Source: Myxococcota bacterium (lineage in GTDB: Bacteria; Myxococcota; B64-G9). From it: DNA of 52,916 nucleotides. Location: assembly GCA_041560255.1 (NCBI GenBank), contig JBFFBT010000003.1:1-52916 (forward strand). The letters run 5' to 3'. The notes under the pieces are model-generated. The model did no database searches. It was given only the letters and a program-made list of their open reading frames with translations, and had not been told where the DNA came from. This document shows positions 48,108 to 52,916 of the stretch, piece by piece. The position numbers were made by a program, and so were the translations under genes. How positions within the stretch are numbered: the stretch's first letter is position 1; each line of letters opens with the position of its first letter.

Positions 48108-48135
48108 ACTTTTTCATTTGGCAAAATGAAAAAGT
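48108..48135. promoter_or_regulatory. Perfect inverted repeat in the divergent promoter region
   Basis: ACTTTTTCATTT-ggca-AAATGAAAAAGT (12-bp arms). Confidence 0.55.
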
Positions 48136-48253
48136 TAAGCTTATATGTATTTCCGGGGATGGACTATGCAGTCAAATATAGATAGAATGACTCCCTGCGC
48201 CGTACGATCGGCGGAATTTTGAATGCCTTTTTAGGAGAGTGAGGGAAAGTACA

Positions 48254-50848
48254 ATGATGAAAAAGATTGCTATTCATGTAGTTACAACCGGATGGATCAT
48301 GTGGTTTATTATGCTGGGTTGGGCCTGCTCGCAGGACGGCGTATCGAAGATATGCTTGGGTGACAATGACTGTGAAGCAAATGAAAAATGTATCGACAGC
48401 AAATGTGTACCCGAAACCGAAGCCTGCGTCGATCAGGATAAAGATGGTTACGGAGAGCACTGCGATAAAGGCTCCGACTGTAACGACAACGACGCGACCA
48501 TCTTTTTCGGGGCTCCCGAGCTGTGCGATGGAAAAGACAATGACTGTAACGGCATCCAAGACAGCGGGGTAATGTGTGAATCCGTCTGCTGCGGTTTCTC
48601 GGAAATATGTTTTTTGCAGGAATGCATGGTGGACTTGGGAGGGTGTGAAAAGGACGAAGATTGTCAAGAGGACAGCTATTGTCATGAAGGACAATGTATA
48701 CCCTACGGCAAGGGACCCAGGGATGATACCAATCCGGATTGCACCCGTCTTTCGATCGCCGGCTTGTTTCAGCCGGCCCTCCAATGCGAGTGGACCTTTC
48801 CACCCAGCGGAGACTCTTATCCGGCTCACATCCAGGTGCTGGGCACTCCCATGGTGGCGGATTTCGACTTTGACGACGATTCCCAGTCCAACCAACCCTC
48901 CATTGTGTTTCTCACCTATGATTCGATTGAAGGGGACTTGGGAGTGGGTACCGCTCTGGATGGGGTGATCCGCATCATCGACGGGAAAACTTGTCAAACT
49001 CAGTTTTCGCTTGGTCCTTACCTCAATGCATCCAATCCGGTGGCCATCGGCGACCTGGACCAGGACGGCCGTCCCGAGATCGTGGCCCATCGAAACACCG
49101 CCGGGGCGATCGCTTATCGCTACAACCCCGAAAAAATTGCGTGGGAAGTCCTCTGGGAGGGCCACCGGGCCACGGGCGAACCGGTGGTGTTTGAAGAAGG
49201 CGCAACGTCCTGGGGTGGACCGTCGCTCATCGATCTCAACGATGACGGGCGGCCCGAAGTACTGTCCGGCGGACTGGTGTATGACGCTGCCGGTTTGCTG
49301 CTCGACGAGCATCTGGGTTTGGACGCGTTGTTCAACGTAGGTTTTCCAGTCGCCGCCGACCTTGACGGCGACGGCAAGATAGAGCTCGCTGGCGGTCTTT
49401 ACACCTGGGAGTTCGACCCAGAAACGTTGCGGTGGGAAGTACAAACCGCCTACAGCGGCTATTCGGGCTACACCGCGGCGGCGGACTTCGGAACATACCT
49501 TCCCGATCCCACGCTGGACAACCGGGCAATCACCGACGGCACCGCCGAGATCGCCGTGGTAAGCTATGGACAAATCAGGATCGATGAGCTGTCCGGCCGC
49601 ACCATCTTCGGACCCATCGATCTTCCCAGCAGTGAAGGAGGCGGACCGCCGACCATCGGGGATTTCGACGGGGACGGACGAGCCGAAGTCGCGGCCTCCG
49701 GCTCGGACTCTATGACCATCTTCGATCCGGATTGCATCCCCGGAGCCGACCCATCGGTATGTCCAACCGCTAGAGTCGATGGAATTTTATGGACCCAGCC
49801 TTCCCAGGATCACTCGTCCAACATCACCGGCTCGTCATTGTTCGACTTCGAGGGCGACAAAGTGGTCGAAGCCATCTATGCCGATGAGTGCTTCGTGCGG
49901 GTCTACCGGGGCACGGACGGCAAGGTCTTGTACTCGCAATGGAGAAGCTCGTGTACCTGGATCGAAAACCCGATCGTTGCGGACGTGGATGGGGATTTCA
50001 GCTCGGAGCTGGTAGTGCCCTCCAACCAAAGCTGCGCCATCAAACCGGAAAACATGGGATCGCTCGCCTACGAAACCAGCCCGAACGGCAAACCCATGGA
50101 CCCCTTGTTTGTGGGACTGCCTTGCAAAGAAAACTCCGACTGCGTAAGTCTTACTTGTGTCGAAGACCTATGCCGGTGCGAAACCCATGCCCAGTGCGGT
50201 GGCGGAGGTTTTGTATGCGCCGAGCCCCCCGCGGGCACTGCGGGCAGCGGAAAGACCTGCCGAGCCGAATGGCAGGGACGTATCAACGGTGTTCGGGTCT
50301 ACCGCGATACGTTGGATCGCTGGGTGGGATCCCGCTCCATCTGGAACCAACACGCGTATTCCATCACCAATGTCACCGAAGCCGGGATTGTACCCAAGAC
50401 CAGCGAAGCGGATCAAAACTGGCTGGTAGCCGGATTGAACAATTTCAGGCAAAACATACAAGGGGATCTAAGCCCTCACCACTCGCCCGACATGACCGCG
50501 GGTGGCGGCTCGTTCAACGGAGCAAGCTGTGACGAAAACGGCACTCTGACACTACAGGTTAGGGCCTGCAACCGGGGCACCAACCCGGTGGCCGCCGGCA
50601 TCCAGTTGGGATTTTATGCCGGCGATCCGGATCTCGCAGAGACAAAAAAAATCTGCCAAGCCGAAACCACCCAAACGCTGGCTGCAGGAGCCTGTGAAAT
50701 CATCGAGTGCACCTGGCCGGATGCTCCCGAGGACGACCCCACGGACATCACCGTCGTGGCGGACGACGGCAACCAGCGCACAGAGTGCATCGAGACCAAC
50801 AACCGGGCCGTCATCCATGACGTAACCTGCAGTGGAGTCGTTCGATGA
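48254..50848 (+). CDS. Surface lipoprotein: Cys-rich + MopE-like repeat + FG-GAP/VCBS beta-propeller + CARDB-like C-terminus
   Basis: Lipobox GWAC; DQDKDGYG..DCNDND..IFFGAPELCDGKDNDCNG; repeated GDLDQDGRPEIV / DLNDDGRPEV / DLDGDGKIEL / DFDGDGRAEV; C-terminal CNRG...ECIETNN. Confidence 0.88.
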   Translation: MMKKIAIHVVTTGWIMWFIMLGWACSQDGVSKICLGDNDCEANEKCIDSKCVPETEACVDQDKDGYGEHCDKGSDCNDNDATIFFGAPELCDGKDNDCNGIQDSGVMCESVCCGFSEICFLQECMVDLGGCEKDEDCQEDSYCHEGQCIPYGKGPRDDTNPDCTRLSIAGLFQPALQCEWTFPPSGDSYPAHIQVLGTPMVADFDFDDDSQSNQPSIVFLTYDSIEGDLGVGTALDGVIRIIDGKTCQTQFSLGPYLNASNPVAIGDLDQDGRPEIVAHRNTAGAIAYRYNPEKIAWEVLWEGHRATGEPVVFEEGATSWGGPSLIDLNDDGRPEVLSGGLVYDAAGLLLDEHLGLDALFNVGFPVAADLDGDGKIELAGGLYTWEFDPETLRWEVQTAYSGYSGYTAAADFGTYLPDPTLDNRAITDGTAEIAVVSYGQIRIDELSGRTIFGPIDLPSSEGGGPPTIGDFDGDGRAEVAASGSDSMTIFDPDCIPGADPSVCPTARVDGILWTQPSQDHSSNITGSSLFDFEGDKVVEAIYADECFVRVYRGTDGKVLYSQWRSSCTWIENPIVADVDGDFSSELVVPSNQSCAIKPENMGSLAYETSPNGKPMDPLFVGLPCKENSDCVSLTCVEDLCRCETHAQCGGGGFVCAEPPAGTAGSGKTCRAEWQGRINGVRVYRDTLDRWVGSRSIWNQHAYSITNVTEAGIVPKTSEADQNWLVAGLNNFRQNIQGDLSPHHSPDMTAGGGSFNGASCDENGTLTLQVRACNRGTNPVAAGIQLGFYAGDPDLAETKKICQAETTQTLAAGACEIIECTWPDAPEDDPTDITVVADDGNQRTECIETNNRAVIHDVTCSGVVR

Positions 50849-51369
50849 GAAGGGCCCCCAAGGCCTTTCATAATAAAGCCTCGGCGGCGGTAGCGATGTT
50901 TTCCCTGTTCTTTGGCGCCGCCGCCTTGGCCGACGGCCTCCAAAACAAACCCCTGGGCCTGGGACTATGCTTGGGCGAGCCCGCGGGAGTTACCGCCAAA
51001 TACTGGCTTGACGAAAGAAACGCGCTGGACGCCGCGGTCGGATACGGCTTTTTCCCGCATAAAGGCGTAGCGGTCTACGCCGACTACCTCTTCAACCTTC
51101 ACAAACCCGTGCGCTCCGGCCGGGTGCCGTTTGACTTGATTTTTTACGCCGGCGTGGGAGGAAAACTGGGCTATTGGAACCACAAGCACGACGGCGAAGA
51201 CGACAGCGGACTGGGAGTGGGCGTACGGGCGCCTTTCGGGTTGAGCATGCTGTTGAGCCGCTCGCCCTTCGAAATATTTCTCGAGATCACCCCCTCGATT
51301 ATCTTTGGAGCCCCCGACCCGGTCTGGTTCGATTTCGATGCCTGCCTGGGAGCAAGATTTTATTTCTAG
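50845..51369 (+). CDS. Small outer-membrane beta-barrel protein (DUF3996-like)
   Basis: Signal peptide, GLGLCLGEPAGVTAKYW, alternating beta-strand pattern, C-terminal GARFYF; ATGA overlap with the upstream gene. Confidence 0.82.
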   Translation: MRRAPKAFHNKASAAVAMFSLFFGAAALADGLQNKPLGLGLCLGEPAGVTAKYWLDERNALDAAVGYGFFPHKGVAVYADYLFNLHKPVRSGRVPFDLIFYAGVGGKLGYWNHKHDGEDDSGLGVGVRAPFGLSMLLSRSPFEIFLEITPSIIFGAPDPVWFDFDACLGARFYF

Positions 51370-51888
51370 ACTGGTTCTCGTCTCAAAACTTGATTTTTGA
51401 GATTTTGAAATTGGCTTCGACAGGCGAGCACTGTGTGAGCTGAACTTACAAGTCACCTGTAAGTCGCGAGTTTCTTGAGCCCGAGAAGCTATTTCAAATC
51501 CCAAAAATGAATTCAAGAGTTTTGATATGGAAACCAGATTGATTCTTGATTGGAACTTCGCTTCTCCTGAAATATCAAGACCCGACCCGCGTCCGTCGCA
51601 AACTTACATTTTGACATGGACACCAGAAATAATTTGTATAAAAACCAGTTCATTATAATTGTCGTAGCAAGAAAATTGAGTGAAGAAATACTGTATATTT
51701 TTGCCAACTACCATACAGTTGTGACCTTATAAAAATGTCCAATATTCAACACAAAAACATACAGTTAGACAAATAGACCTCAATTTCTTCTTGACGAACT
51801 TTACTGTAACACGTTATTTTATAATTACATATTTTAAACAAACGGGATGGAAATACAACCAAATTATTCTCTTGATCGGATGGAATAG

Positions 51889-52916
51889 ATGGAAGAAAAA
51901 AACCCTGGTATCATCGCATTGGCAGCCAGATTTCCGAGCAGGATCATGACAAATGAGTATTGGAAAATCCATCACTCCGATTTGATCGACAAGAGACGAG
52001 AAAACATATTGGCCAAAACCTTCACCCCAAAAGAGAGCAACCGTAATACAGCTATATTCGATCGAGCCATGTCACCCTATTTAATTGATCCTTTTCAAGG
52101 CTGCATTGAAAGACGTTGGTATGCCCAGGGTGAAAGCACGCTTGAGCTTGAATCGCTGGTCGCCAGGGATGCTCTGACCGCAGCCCGAATAGAACCTCAT
52201 GAGGTTGACTTGTGTATTGTATGCTCTTTCCCCCCCGATCAAGATCTTGGTGTCGGCAATGCAGCCTATCTGGCCAGGAATTTGGGTCTACAAGGCGCTT
52301 GCTGGAACCTTGAATCCGCCTGTTCTAGCAGTGTTGTAGCCCTTGATACTGCAAGCAGTCTGATTAGAAGTAAAACTGTACGCAATGCCCTGGTCGTCAC
52401 ATCATGCTCCTATTCTCTGGTTGCTCCTTCTTCTGAACCCATGTCATATGCCAACGGAGACGGCGCTACTGCAATGGTTATGGATCAAGTCGAGGGTAGA
52501 GGAGTTATTGCATCACATACAATCAATACGGGCGATACCTGCGGGATAGTTACAACCACGTTGGACTTGGATCTCGAGGGAAAACCATGCAAAAGAATGC
52601 GCATCAACAGAGGTTCAGGTGCGCGTATTCGAGAAGCAACTGAAAAAATGACACTTGCATGTGTCCATGGAGTTTTGAAGAAAGCCAACCTCACACTCAA
52701 GGATATCGATTATTTTGCCTTCAATGCTTCACTCGCATGGGTAATTCAGTTCTATCAAGATCTTTTGGATATTCCTTCAAATAAAATCATCGATACGCAC
52801 CATAAATTTGCCAACACAGGCCCGGTGCTCACACCCACAAGTCTTTTTTACGGAGCTCATAAAGGATTGATCCCCGAAGGAGGCCTGGTGCTGTTTTTTG
52901 GTCTGGGTAATGCCTC
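51889..52916 (+). CDS. 3-oxoacyl-ACP synthase III (FabH)-family condensing enzyme, 3' end beyond the window
   Basis: Absent from the ORF track (no stop in window). Manual translation: MEEKNPGIIALAARFPSR...GCIERR...WNLESACSS...NGDGATA...IDYFAFNASLAW...FANTGP...LVLFFGLG. Confidence 0.9.
   Translation, partial: MEEKNPGIIALAARFPSRIMTNEYWKIHHSDLIDKRRENILAKTFTPKESNRNTAIFDRAMSPYLIDPFQGCIERRWYAQGESTLELESLVARDALTAARIEPHEVDLCIVCSFPPDQDLGVGNAAYLARNLGLQGACWNLESACSSSVVALDTASSLIRSKTVRNALVVTSCSYSLVAPSSEPMSYANGDGATAMVMDQVEGRGVIASHTINTGDTCGIVTTTLDLDLEGKPCKRMRINRGSGARIREATEKMTLACVHGVLKKANLTLKDIDYFAFNASLAWVIQFYQDLLDIPSNKIIDTHHKFANTGPVLTPTSLFYGAHKGLIPEGGLVLFFGLGNA

Noticed and set aside
48164-49573. 469-aa minus-strand ORF
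   Set aside because: Antisense shadow of the FG-GAP lipoprotein.
51513-51707. 64-aa minus-strand ORF in the AT-rich gap
   Set aside because: No RBS or recognisable motif; probably intergenic.
51847-51888. 13-codon in-frame uORF ending in TAG directly before the KAS III ATG (amber read-through?)
   Set aside because: KAS III similarity starts at the ATG at 51889; no evidence for pyrrolysine or recoding, and TAG is a normal stop elsewhere in the window.
1-52916. IS elements, integrases, prophage, CRISPR arrays, rRNA
   Set aside because: No transposase, integrase or phage motifs, repeat-spacer arrays or rRNA signatures were seen.

Overview
A 53 kb chromosomal window from a deltaproteobacterium. 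The gene content (SgmX, MglC, a large multi-AMIN PilQ, Cys-rich FG-GAP/MopE-repeat lipoproteins) points to Myxococcota or a relative. (1) 94-25325, minus strand: tRNA-Gly(CCC), an ExeA-like ATPase, sgmX, efp, mglC and a type IVa pilus locus (pilD, PilS2/PilR2-like two-component pair, a sigma54-driven fimU-pilVWX-pilY1 operon, an XRE regulator, pilMNOPQ, a post-pilQ lipoprotein). (2) 25351-34797: a membrane M28 peptidase, then an AT-richer patch with a small lipoprotein, a CBM52-like Cys-repeat protein, a sigma54-preceded orphan ORF and vapC with a truncated vapB, followed by a HemY-like oxidoreductase, a membrane protein and cydAB. (3) 35386-47853, minus strand, the most interesting part: an apparent operon of degenerate metF paralog, PAS histidine kinase, hdrC, hdrB, large hdrA with a GltD-like insert, mvhD (in-frame UGA selenocysteine with a SECIS-like hairpin, missed by the ORF track), metV, metF, a stand-alone receiver and a hybrid kinase. 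This is an acetogen-type HdrCBA-MvhD-MetVF methylene-THF reductase interleaved with a soluble phosphorelay and a possible pseudo-enzyme sensor. (4) 48254-end: an FG-GAP beta-propeller lipoprotein coupled to a small outer-membrane barrel, and an AT-rich, atypical KAS III gene (Cys-Asn-Asn) running off the window. All calls come from reading motifs by eye; no searches were run.
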